A stretch of DNA of 63,619 nucleotides, the filler included, from Phoronis australis (Eukaryota; Animalia; Phoronida): NCBI GenBank assembly GCA_002633005.1. It is 5 parts of 5 records of this genome, joined end to end, with 100 filler letters (N's around TTAATTAATTAA, not from the genome) between each part and the next. Parts side by side here need not be neighbours in the genome. Positions count along the whole stretch, not along the records: positions 38,826 to 63,619 come from NMRA01000257.1; 4 more parts are not named here. The stretch is one strand, 5' to 3'. Made by a program: the position numbers and the translations under genes. Under the pieces are notes generated by a model. It saw only the letters and a program-made list of their open reading frames with translations. It was not told the DNA's origin and did not search any database. Positions within the stretch are counted from its first letter, which is position 1, and each line of letters begins with the position of its first letter. Below are positions 51,801 through 63,619 of this stretch, piece by piece.

Positions 51801-52245
51801 AACACAGTCGTACAAGCAACGCTAACAACACAATGGCGTCATCAACACCAAGGTGCGTCTCGTTTCGCCGGGAAACGTTTGACTTGAACAAAAAGTGGTG
51901 CATCAGGCGTTCTCTTACGCGTTCGAGATCGAGAGGTATTTTCTGGTATCCACCAACAGCTGCCACCACATACAGTCGAAAACTAAAACGTCTGTTTTTT
52001 TTCACATGTGGTTTCCAGAATACAGGCAGACGGGACACTGAGGGAAAACGAACCATCCATTGCACAACAACCAAAGACTGGAAGTCAAACCTAAACTCTG
52101 ACGGGCTAAGAGTTGCAGAACAACATCAAGGAGTAATAACAACACATACACTTTAGTTTAACAGCACTTTATAGTAACCAACAAATGAAACAACAAATAC
52201 ATAGTTTTCAACTAATCTCTAACAACAATTGGTGGTGATTTAAAC

Positions 52246-55200
52246 CTAAGGCAACACAGTTGAAATTGCAATGGATGGATTGGTAGTCGTTGTAGGCCTA
52301 CGTGGTAAAAATGTGCCGTGGATCTCTTTCAGTTGCTGTGCTTGTAATTCTAATGCAGCCTGCATGCTTTCCAGTCTGAAAGAATATAAATACAACCTTC
52401 CAATACACTGAGAGATATTTTGACGCTAAAAGCCCGGGGAACATGGTATCGTTGCCACACTCGACTTAGTCCCCCATATTTTCAGCCCCAGTGGTACAGG
52501 GCAGTCAGAACACTGAAAAAACAGTGCGATACAACTGCACTGGCGGATCTTGATTGTTGCCTTCTAAGTCCGAACTTTCTCAAGTAAACAAACAAGAACG
52601 TGATTGAATTACACAATCCAAATTAATCAGATTATGACAAAATACTATAACTTCACGCGAGGAGGAGTCTGAATAACCGTGTTCCGATGAGAAGGTAATG
52701 TCATACCTTTTACTTTGCTTCATCTCCCTTTGTTTAAGACTCTCAAGATTCTCAACATACTTATTTTCTTCATGGTGCTCAAGAAACTGTTTTACAGACT
52801 CATCTAGATTAGTCGTACCCAAAACACTGCGCAAAGACTGCAAAAAAATAATTCACAATGAATCAAACGACCGTATATAACCAATATGACAATGTGTTTG
52901 TGACATCAGAAACAAACGACAGCACCACTTTGCCCAACGCACAAATTCAACAAACTGATGAAAGTCAATCAAAGTGGAATCATAGATTAAATAGTATTTA
53001 TCTATCATAGAATTACGGTTATCTGACCAGGGGCGGGTCGGCAGGATTTTGATTTAAGGGGGGGGGGGGGCAGGGCAAAGTATTAGCCAGGATTTTGCCC
53101 ATCATACATTCGCATCCCCAAACTGCCAAATGGTATCCGGGAGAATTTTAGGAGGGGGGACATGCCATGTCTATCAGCCGTTAGAAATCCGCCTTCTGAT
53201 GAGTATAAACACTATCCGTTAAAAGTATGATGTCACCCTGCTCCTAATTCAGTCACCTCAGACTAAAATACATAGTGCTTCCTGATCAAGAAGAATTAAT
53301 AAACACTTCGTTATTGCTCAGGTGTCCATAATATGGCTTGTCGCGTCAGGGTCGTCTTGTCGAAATTGATGAAGTCTCAGTGCTCAGTTTCCAAAATCGA
53401 TATTAATTGACGAAGAGGGTATCAATTTTAAATTTATTAGGTGCATGGGTGATTTAAGGTCCGAGTACTCTTTCTAAACCTGTGCCGTTTCAATTAATTA
53501 TCAGGTACTCAAGTAAATGGTGATGGTTAAAAATGACATTAAATTCATTAGCATACGTTTAAAAGTTTAGTATCGCCAATTAACATGCTCTGCCGCCCTA
53601 CAAATCACCTGCACGTAGGTGTCACTGACAAAAACTGAGCAACTGTGGTGCGCGCCACCGTAATTTTAGATTCTGACGCTAATCTGAATTAATTGGGTAT
53701 ATCTGCCCCACATCTGGGCATATCCAGTAGCCCTGAGTTTTTATGGGTAAAATCAGAACAATGGTAAATGGTCTAAAGTGTTCAACCACACCTGGTATGC
53801 AGTTTCTGCACTATACAATACACACAATCACCTTTTTCCAGAATGAATCGTGGGACGAATCGTGAGTTTGACCAATATGAATGACTTTATTTTTCTGGTA
53901 GAAAATTCGTTGAAAGCGCTTTGGCATACTTCTTTCAGTGTTGTACAAGAATTCTACTTGCATTTTGGCGCGAGTTAGGTATGCATGCTGCGACACCTGT
54001 TCTATGTCACCAACAGCAATTCCAATCTGCAAGAAGCGAACAGGCAGGCCCATTAATTTATAAACATAAGCACGTCAAGCAAGGAAATTTTTTAAATTGG
54101 AGACCACTGAGCTTAAACTAAAAGCAATGTTTCAAAATAAAGTGTTAACAATGTTAATTGTATAATGCATTATTGTGAATTATTTTGTTCCAAAGCTTTT
54201 TTAAAGAAAATAGCCGATGTGGGATAGAGTAATCCGAACCGGTATCAGGCAAGGTTAACATGGTGCACATTAATGAGACCTTACCACTAATTGTGTAAGT
54301 ATTATCTCTCTTTCCCCTCCCTCTCCCTCCAACACCTTCGTCCCCTACCCTACCCCCTCTCCCCTTGCATACCCTCCCTCCTCTAGCTCCCATAACCTCT
54401 CTCACCTCCCATACCCTCTCTCCCCTCCCATACCTCTCCCTCTAGCACCACCCTCCCCTACCCCCCTCTCTCCTCCCTCACTGGAATTCGTGAACCTATA
54501 ATTTCTTTAAATTTGTTCTTGAGAAGATGCCTTGGCGTAATTTCGAATTTTGTAGTAACGTACTATTTTCAACTATGAAGATCATGGATGCGGCCAAGTA
54601 CATTAAGGCGCAAGTTTTCAAAAAATCTTCTCATTGCTTACCAGAAGGTTCATCAGAGCTACAGGCATGATAAATATGAATGTAATGCCAAGAATGAATG
54701 CATCCACACGAAGCTCATTGCTTTCGTCAAAACTGCCAAATATCTTCACAAACTGTCCTTCCCCGATGGACAAGGAAAATGTCGTGATCACCGAGTTCGA
54801 TACACTTTGAAACATCATCTACAAAAGACAACAGGAATGTATTGAACAATACTGGCAACCCAAAGGTTGGATAACTTAGAATTAGATATTGAAATCCCTA
54901 CCGGAGATTTTACTGGCAGGGAATTTCTTGGGAGCTCTTTCAGAAACATTCATTTTCCATTGGGACTCTTCACTTCGTGGGGTCTTTTGGATATAGGCGG
55001 TAGATAAACAACCCGATCTAACACTGACGCGACTGACAAGTGCCCTCTTGTAACAGGAGCAAATATCCAATGTCCAAATGGTGATAGATTACGACGTCAG
55101 AAAACTGACAGGCCATAAATACCGTCATAGTTAATAAGACTAGTTTACTACAAAATAATCATGATGGACGAAATGAGTAGAAAACGAGACAAAAGTCCAC

Positions 55201-58200
55201 TAAAAAGGCAGGAACTGCCAAAATTCGGTGAATTCATAATTCATAGCTGTGAACGTACCCCGAAAAATGAAAGTGAAAATTTTGCCGAATAAATGCCATA
55301 GGCGTTTATTTAGTGTTACAACTTCTGGTGTCAAGAGTCCACATAGTGGGGCGTTTATTGGAAATTTCTTCTTAAAAGCTTACTCACCGTCAACTATTTG
55401 GCACAAATTCAGTTTTATCACTCATGAAAATACAGTTTTAAGTAAAAAATGTCAGCCAGTAAAACTATGATTTTCCGTTTACTCGCCCCCTCTTCCGAAT
55501 AAACTTCCGGACGTTTATTTGGTGTTACTAAAAGCCATGAAAATGTTCATTTTCCGAATACACGCTCATGGGCTTATCTACGGAAAATCCCGGTACTGTG
55601 GCCTAAACGCAAAATTTATGAACTAAGCTGACTAGCTCTATCAAACTCTTTATTAAAAAGTTGGTAAAATTACTTACGCCAACATCATACAGAACAATGA
55701 AGAAAGAAGAAGCAAATGCCATGACAATCACCACCCAAAGTACTGCAGCCTGAAATAAAATTTTACAGAACAATGGATGAGGGACCCAAGTAAAAAATGA
55801 TAACTGAAACATGGGAAATAAATCTTAGCCTACCGTTTCTAAGTACTTTCGCATGCCCAGGCTATTTTACTTCAAATCGCAGTTTCACTTGCCTTCAAGA
55901 GAGTCTTGAACACTGTTGTGAACATGATAATGTATATTCCTATAAAATCCAATCTGTAAAAGAAATGCACAGAACCAATAAATTTAAATTCTGCCCACCG
56001 AGTGTAGTTTAGTAGTGCATGGACCTTCCAAAAATGTTCACAAAGTTATTTTGAAATACATTTTTACTCGAAACTAAAATGTTTTTCTTATTCCACTATT
56101 AGTTTCCAATGAAACCATTTTTTATCAATTCATATTTCAGATTTATGTGGTGTCTACATGTGGCGAACCGACAATTGAAAGTAGTGAGCTCTCTAAGAAG
56201 AATCACTGCTAGAGGTCAGTTTAAGAAAAACAATGGATTACATCTAAAAAGACTTTTCGTTATGGTTTACTCTTAAAACATTGGTGTAGATGTTTATTTT
56301 TTCAATTACATGAAATAGTAAAATTCGGCAATGGTGGCCCTAGTTTGCATAAAAGTCATGCTGGGACATTTTTTCGACTTGTTAACATCAAAGGGTGGCA
56401 TTTTCGTATCAAATACTAAAACAATGACAAAGAATTTGTCAACACTTTTCCGATGTACAACAGTCTTTGTTAACGGGAGGGAGAGCACACTGGAGAAACA
56501 GTAAAATACCTGCGCATGCACATAATCATGTTGACCCACGACAGTAATACAGTCATCCACCCACAACGCCAGGGAAAGGACCGTGTCAATTCCTCGCTAG
56601 CAAGTTTAGCAGTGAAGCCCAGAAGCACAAAGTACAGCCAGTTGTGTAAGTTAAAAATAGAGTCAAATCCCTTCAACAGAAATACACATTTTGATTACTT
56701 TTAAGCATAACTTCTCATAAGGGAAAATTCACCTATCTTTGATTTTGATTACCACAGAAGGATCCAAATAGCAGATTTGATACCAAGATCCTGATGGTGC
56801 TGAAGATGAAAAGCTCCAGTTCATATTGTCTGAATTCAATGAGACAGAATGGTGGTAAACAAACATTTTTCTTGCAAGAAATTCAAAAACAATTAACTAC
56901 AAAATCATCGCTGGTCCACAGCACTGAAAAGAAACAAAACAATGCTAGGAGTACGAGAAATTTTATGAAAAACTGGAAAGCAAACTTACGTGAACTATCA
57001 TGCCAAAGAGCTTGGAAATCACAGAAATAGTTATGAGAACGACCAGCACTGTGAATAAATTATCGGCAATGCCAAGATCATTCAACAAGTCTGGGTGATA
57101 TCCATCCTGTAGATACAAAATGAAAATGAAAACCAAAAATCAGAGTACTACGATGTATTAAGAACAACGTCTACTAAAGTCCCTTTGGAAGCAAGCACCA
57201 TGATGAATAATCGTTTTTCTTTGAAAGGTTCTGAAATCACTGACATTGTGTTTCAAGCTGAGAGCATCTGATAATGAGTTACTACTGAAAGTTGAAGTGG
57301 CCGGGTGCACGGGGAAAACGCTGCTCAAATTGTGATGAAAATATGAAATTTGGAATATTGTCTTTTCTGAGATGGAACAAAATTTTACACCTGAGGACTA
57401 ACGAAGATCATGTGTGTACTGTTAGTTAGGCCTACACATAACTTATTTAGCTGTGTTATGGCATTTCTCATGACCACTGATGGCGATTTTTCCTCCTTCC
57501 TGCCCAAGATGTTGTGGACTGATTTTTCTTCTCACATTTCTACTTTTTGTACCAACACCGTGTCATAATAAAGTACCTTTATTTCGCCACTTTCAAGCTA
57601 CATTTAATGTGTAGAAACAAAGATTGAGAAACAATTACCCCTGTCTAAACATAATAAAACACTTACACTGTCGTTAAAACTGGATACTGAAGTTGGTTGG
57701 CCAACAGATCTGACAGCAACTATCTTAAACATTACAACGTTGAGCAAAATCGAAAACAGAGCAAAGTTGGTAAAATTCAGACCATATGCCTTGCGACCAA
57801 ACTGCTGCCTACAAACAAAGAACTTCATTACCTCCAAGTTTTGATACAATACTACAACGTTGTTGTAACGAGTGGACTCACTGACGTTCAGAAAATTGAT
57901 AGGGCATTGAGCGGGAGAGCAGTTGTCCCCTGGCATGAACAAAGGGCCGCCGACTCGTTAACTTAATGGTATCTGCCACATATTTCGTTTGTGGGAAAGC
58001 ATTTGCTATTCCGTCCCCTCAACTTCACGAGGGGGGGGGTCGCTCACCGCCTGCCACCGCTTCCCACTCATATAAGTAGATGTCTAGATGTAAACAGACT
58101 AGCATTTCTGAAACTTATTCAGTGAGCACATTAAGTATGTGTTGTTAACTACTCTTCCCTGTGTCACTAGTCATATAACTGGAGATTTCGGGAATAGAGC

Positions 58201-61200
58201 CAACAGCGCTTCCCATTTTATTATCACCAATTACTCTTTCTGAAATTCATCCTATAGCTTCTAAAAAAAAAACGCGGACAAAGAAATTATGAAAATGCTG
58301 AAGGGAAAACTGGCCTGAGTTCCGTATGTAAGAATCTAGCCAAAAAAGCATGATCACATACATTACGCAGAGTGAAAAAACGAGTGTTTCGCGAGTATGC
58401 TCGGGACCATACAAGAGCACCCTAGAAAAATGGTGGCCAGTGAAGTACTAGATACTAGATATTACTGTTTTTTTTCATCCTAAGAAATTGAACAAAAATG
58501 ATACAATTACTGCCTGCAAATTGAAAACATTTCATGCAGGCAGAAGTGAAATGATTGATCCGCAACGTAGAAATGTTCATAGATAAAATTCTGTTTCTTC
58601 CATAAGCGAAGATGGGTCGCCGCCAGAGCATAAAGGCTCTGCATAAGATAATACAAACAAATTCCCTGTACGGTTTGAAGTCGTTAAAACTGAGGCCCGT
58701 TTACATTTTTTCATACCTCAAGTACAGAAGCCATAGACGCCTCTTTTGTAGCACTTCATATAAAACGTTCACTGGCGAAAACCTTCGAACTTATTACCTT
58801 TTACATTTTTAGTTTTTTAGTTTTAAATATTACACAATGCCCGATGTTAATAGAGTAAAACTATTATGCTTCTATGATGAATTTTTGCACAGCCCGTTCA
58901 CTGACACAAAGGCACACACATTTAAAGAGTTTTGGACATTTCAGGGACACCATAGTGAATCGCATTTTTCAATCCTGTCAACATTTTGTCTACTCTTCCG
59001 TTTGTTTTATTTTTAAGAGTTTCATGACCTATGATATATTTTCAAGAAAACAATGTTGATATTTTTGTACACACAACCATAACCAAAGTCTTATCAGTCA
59101 CAAAAACATATCAAGGGGCGCAATTTGGTATTTCCAAAACCTCGCTGCACCACTCAGTAAATTTATCACATCATGATTAGAATGTAAATATGACTTTACA
59201 TTTATTCACATCAAAATAGAGTTAAAGGTGTTACCATTTAGTTTTCAACACCATTTGTGTGAGGGTGTGGGAAAGAAGCTCCTCGCGCTTGTTCTGAACC
59301 ATTGTCTGAAAAGTGAGAGTACTGTAAATCATCCAAGACGTAGTGTACTGCACTATCTAGAATGTACGAAAAAGCAAACCTAGTCCATCCTTCTCTCTTC
59401 AGTTAATCTTTATCACGTTGACGGCTGGTTATCAAGAGGCGTTCATCGGACGGCATGAGATTACACCACAAACAGCGATTGTTCCTAACACTCACGTGTG
59501 CCACGTAACTAACACCATAGACAAATCAAATTTGATGTCCAACTGCCAAAGCAGTGTAAAAGTGTGTGGACTTTGCATCTGTTGAGGCCAGGTGACGTCA
59601 ATTATCCATGTACAACACTTGCGCGGTCTTTACTGCTTTCTCAGAATGGAAATCTCTGGCACAAACTCAACTTAGCAGCCATTTTCCCTATTACATGACA
59701 TTGTACGTTTAGTAAAAATACAGATTCCTTGAAGATACGTTTTCCGTGTCAATTACCGTTTCCCTTGCTTGCCTTTTTATCTCTGACTCCTCTGCCAAAC
59801 TTTGTTGGCTCATGACAAACTCTGTTGCTGGTTCTTGCCGCTTGAGTATGTGGTCCTGGTCAAACTACCCCAAACTGTTCTTTCCCAGTTTTTATAAGCT
59901 ACGGAGCAACCTACTCGATTGCATCATTACAAGTGAACAGAAGAAGATGGATATTCAACCAGAATATGTAATACAGAAAACATATTATACTCCAAGTACA
60001 AAGTAGCTCAACTATTCCTACCGTTTTCTATCCAGCTCCAAAACCTGGAGTTCAAAAACACTAAAAAACAAGCCACGGATGTGACATAAACATTCAGGAA
60101 ATTCTGATATCAAGTGCGTAGTAGTTTTGGGAGCCGGCTTGTAAAATAAATTTGAAGTCGGAGTTGAAAACATTAACGCAACAATAGGGTTGTAGCGACC
60201 ACGTTTGCAAATGAACTTCTGGCATTCAGCTTTTATTGCCGGTCGGTCGTTGTTTGATGCAAAATTGTCTCTTTTTACCTGTGTAAGGACTTTGATTTAA
60301 AAAAGACCGCTCTCACAGAAACATTAGCCGAACAGAATGTCTGGACTTACAAGTACCTGTAGGTAACTTTTTATAAGCACATTCAATTAAAATTCTCTCC
60401 CAGGGTTCTACAGTACCGGGGAATAAACAACACCCAATGATCAAAACCGTTACCTGAGACAACTGGTCAACCCCATCGCCGCCTTCGTTTACACAACTGA
60501 GATGGTATTACACATACCACAAAGATGCACTTCCATGCCAACACCTTCTCAAGAAAAGGCCCTCCCACCATGATGATAGTTCTTAGGTACAGTTCTTACG
60601 GTACACGTGGACATATAGGCGGAAAGCTTTCTGAGAAAAAGAGACGGCTACCTGCGCCGCAAAGTGAAATTTAGGCATGTGCGAAATACTTGACAAAAAG
60701 AACCTTTCGAAAATCCTTCGTGGAGTTTCCAAATCACGCCCCTCCAACACAAGCCTGTCCATCACCTAAGAAATCATAACCTCCCGCATCGACTCTATCC
60801 CTTCTTGCATCCACACGTCCTTCAACATCGCCCTCTTTAAGGCCATGTTAGTCCTTGTTTTCCAGGCCTTCCTGCGCATCGGCGAATTTACGCTACCTTC
60901 CCTTTCCTCACCCTCCAACACTCCTCGGTCAAACTTTTCTCCCCACTCCTTCAGCCCCCCCTAAATGACTGCTACCATTTCCAATTTCAAGCACCTCCCT
61001 GTTCACCTTCACATTCTTTCCTCTCCCTCTCCTTATTGTCCCGTTGCCCACCTCCGGACCTATCTGGACTTATCCCTCCATTTTTCCGGACCCCTTTTCA
61101 GTCTCGCCGACTCCTCACCAGTCACACGTTACTTCTTCACCCAAACACTCAATGCCGCCATAATATCTGCCTCCCTTGACCCCTCACGCTACAAGTCTCA

Positions 61201-62273
61201 CAGTTTCCACTTCGACCGCTACCTCTACAGCCGCTCTCGGCATCCCGAAGCCTATCATCCAATGCATGAGTCACTGGAAGTCTGACGCCGTCAAGGGCTA
61301 CAACTGCATATCAGTTTTCCCCCACCTCGTTCCTAATTTCCCCATGACCTTATATTGCCTACCTCGGCCTCCTTATCATCTTTGGTAACGAGCTTGCGAC
61401 GCATGTATCATTTATCTATTATTCGGGACATATGTCGATCATAAATGGTATTTCACTCGTTAAATATATTCATGTGAGCATGTGGACCCGTCTTACGCCT
61501 TCCCCCTTCATTTCGGTCTATTCCATTATTCCTTTGTTACACGTCGTTTCCCGGCACGTTTTACTGCCCATCTTACCAGGTATTATCATTTAACATTTTA
61601 CTTACTATGTACATTCACTACATTTACTTGTAATTGTATTAGTCACAATAAATGACCTTATATCCCCTACCACAGTTTCATTTTCATTTCTGGTAACGAG
61701 CTTGCGACGCACGTATCATTTATCTATTATTCGGGACATATGTCGATCATAAACATGATTTTGAATAAAAGACATAGGCTTAAGTAATCCAACTTTGACT
61801 ACTGAAGGCCAATTCGCTGACGTACGGTTAAAGCCAAGTACTTTTTCTTCATGCAGCATTGGTCATCTGGGGAAGGATCCAAGTACTCAAAGTTGAAAGA
61901 GACCTAAATGAATTTGAAAAAAAAACTCCAATTAGAATTCTGTATTCCTTTTTTTCTACTGTTATATTACCCAGACTGCATACATTCATTCATGTGCGCA
62001 GTTATTTAGCACGGCCCTGTCGGCATGTCCATGCGGGAAATAATATTGTTGTCTTAAACCACACAGTGATATGAAAGCGCAGGCATCAACCTAAAACAAG
62101 TCACAAATAGCATTTGATAAAAATTTCTTAAAGCACAGCTTACTTCAGTTCCGTTGTCGTTTACTTGAACACAGTTATTAAGAACGACCTCCGCACCATC
62201 AGGGGACAGTTTGATAAGATTCTTCATTGGAGTAAATCCCTCATCATCTCTAACTGACATAATTTCCATCCAA
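52246..62273 (-). CDS. TRPA1: TRPA1-like cation channel, linker + S1-S6 + TRP-like helix + coiled coil (12 exons, 5'-partial)
   Basis: Exons 62144-62273, 61826-61903, 59235-59305, 57667-57808, 56990-57106, 56510-56670, 55893-55953, 55678-55749, 54642-54818, 53832-54026, 52707-52837 and 52246-52375 splice into one open frame. Motifs FNFEYL, MVQNKREELLSH..LKTKW, W.CG...V..SWVN...MRR, GIYIIMF..VFKTLL and FIFIMPVALMNLLIGIAVGDIEQVSQHAYL.R..MQVE parallel TRPA1. It may be a divergent paralog rather than the ortholog. Confidence 0.92.
54308..54480. repeat. CT-rich low-complexity tract (intronic)
   Basis: Imperfect CCCTCTCCCC repeats. Confidence 0.7.
60710..61753 (+). mobile_element. Degraded tyrosine-recombinase retrotransposon (DIRS/Ngaro-like) 3' end, in a TRPA intron
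   Basis: Interrupted YR frame: KILRGVSKSRPS..LSIT*..ALFKAMLVLVFQAFLRIGEFT..YCPVAHLRTYL..GPLF..YKSHSF../ATSTAALG..IQCMSHWKSDAVKGY. It is followed by 63-bp direct repeats at 61383-61445 and 61691-61753. Confidence 0.85.
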
Positions 62274-63619
62274 CTGCAAAAAAACAAGCATTGCGTTAGT
62301 GTAATACCTTAACAAACTTTCTAAAATTGGACAAAGACAAAAATTGTGACTTTGACCAAAACAGAAGACGACTGATTATGGACGTTCTTTCGCACATTTT
62401 GCTCCCAAGACTTCCAATGTTTGGTTTGTTTGGTTTTGAAATACCTTCTAAACAGATGCACGACCCTATTCTACCTTACCGTACTCGTCCGCGTTACCGC
62501 CCAGGACGCTTAAATTGGGAATCTTAAAAAACAGGGAGTGGGCGGTAAGCTGAGCATGGGCGGTTAAAATCGAAATTTTGAAAAGGCGGGAATTCTTGCT
62601 TACTGCACGGATGATCAATTTTACCCTGGAGCTACACTGACGTGGGACTTCAAACATAACAGTTAAAATATAGGTCGAGGGTTTGAAGTAACGGACTTCG
62701 ACGGCCTGCGCACACAATACAGTGGCGTCGCGATACTGAGCGTGATTGGGTTTTTATGTGCCTCGGTCGCTGCTGGTCATCTCTTAGAACTAAAGAATTC
62801 CTATCGGAAGGTGTGCGTTCAGTAGGGCAAGTTTCTTGAGAGAAAAGACAGATCACACGAGACTCCGCTAGTTCGCGGTGTATTTTTAACGGAAGCACTT
62901 GATTGTGTAAAGATTTGCTTCCCGCTGGACACTCAGGCAACCAAGCACGAGCTAATGATTGACAAGTCTTCTTACTGAATACTTTCAACAATGTAACATT
63001 TTATATACAATATGTATTTCTTTTTGAGTTCAAAGCCAACACCGGTCAAAGCACGTGGTCAACAATCGGACGATACTACTATTAGACAATAGGGGTACTC
63101 GGTCAGCTGCCAAAATAATGAAGCAAAATTCATCTTGTAAAAAGTCATCAGGTAAATTAAGAGTTCAAAAAATAAGTTTTTGACCACGTGGAAGGTGGAC
63201 AGAGTGTTCGACTTGCACTAATGACGAGTTGATTTTTGAGCTCATGCCTTGGGTTTGGGCGCTTCCATTTTGGTGTCAGGAGTGAAAGTCATTAAAAACG
63301 TGGCTTTAACCAAGGCGGGAACAGCGACACAAGTTTGCTTGTCACAATGTACAATGCCCTTTCTTATTTCAATGCTCAGGGTGGTTATGTTTCGTGTAAA
63401 GTCACGAGGAATCACAGAAAGGTTGGCCACGGACGTGATATCCCTGTCAAGTACTGTTTTGTTGGTTCTTCTACAGCAAATGAAATACATTAGACAAGCG
63501 CTGTCTCAGTGAACAGTACATGTCAACAGGAGTTCCGCGCGTGAGCTAAAGGAAACAATTGTGTGTCCTTCAGTAAAGGGCATGAGAATACGGGTATTTT
63601 ACCGCCATAGTAAGGCAAG

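Noticed and set aside
51674-52156. 160-aa plus-strand and 125-aa minus-strand ORFs
   Set aside because: They fall in the probable 3' UTR or downstream region of the TRPA gene and have no motif.
61383-61753. 63-bp direct repeats as a CRISPR array or LTR pair
   Set aside because: There are only two copies, both 3' of a YR gene; split direct repeats explain them better.
63242-63490. Minus-strand ORF with an acceptor-like site as an upstream TRPA exon
   Set aside because: No ankyrin motif in any frame and no convincing phase-compatible donor.

Overview
This is eukaryotic, intron-rich, AT-rich animal DNA, probably from an invertebrate (inferred from gene content). It is not one contiguous locus: four artificial 100-nt spacers (N44-TTAATTAATTAA-N44) join five sequence blocks, and there is one ordinary 656-N gap. 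Splicing exons by hand recovers six partial genes: (1) the last exon of a G2E3-like HECT ligase (-); (2) the 3' end of a KIF16B-like kinesin with its PX domain (+); (3) FH1/FH2 exons of an INF-class formin (-); (4) the 3' end of an unidentified acidic/charged protein (+) with a candidate frame-switching 7-nt microexon; (5, 6) two tandem minus-strand genes, a TRPA1-like channel half and the ankyrin-repeat N-terminus of a probable TRPA paralog, each needing one GC-AG intron. The channel appears to have lost three of the four S2-S3 Ca2+-site residues of human TRPA1. The non-coding DNA is rich in mobile elements: a young 932-bp Mutator-like element with a 9-bp TSD, a 2.2-kb TIR element with a 5-bp TSD, several Harbinger-like MITEs, two L1/Tx1-like LINE 3' fragments, a DIRS/Ngaro-type tyrosine-recombinase relic with split direct repeats, and several hairpin elements. 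No rRNA, tRNA or CRISPR features were seen. All family assignments rest on recalled motifs, not database searches, and I found no wholly new system.
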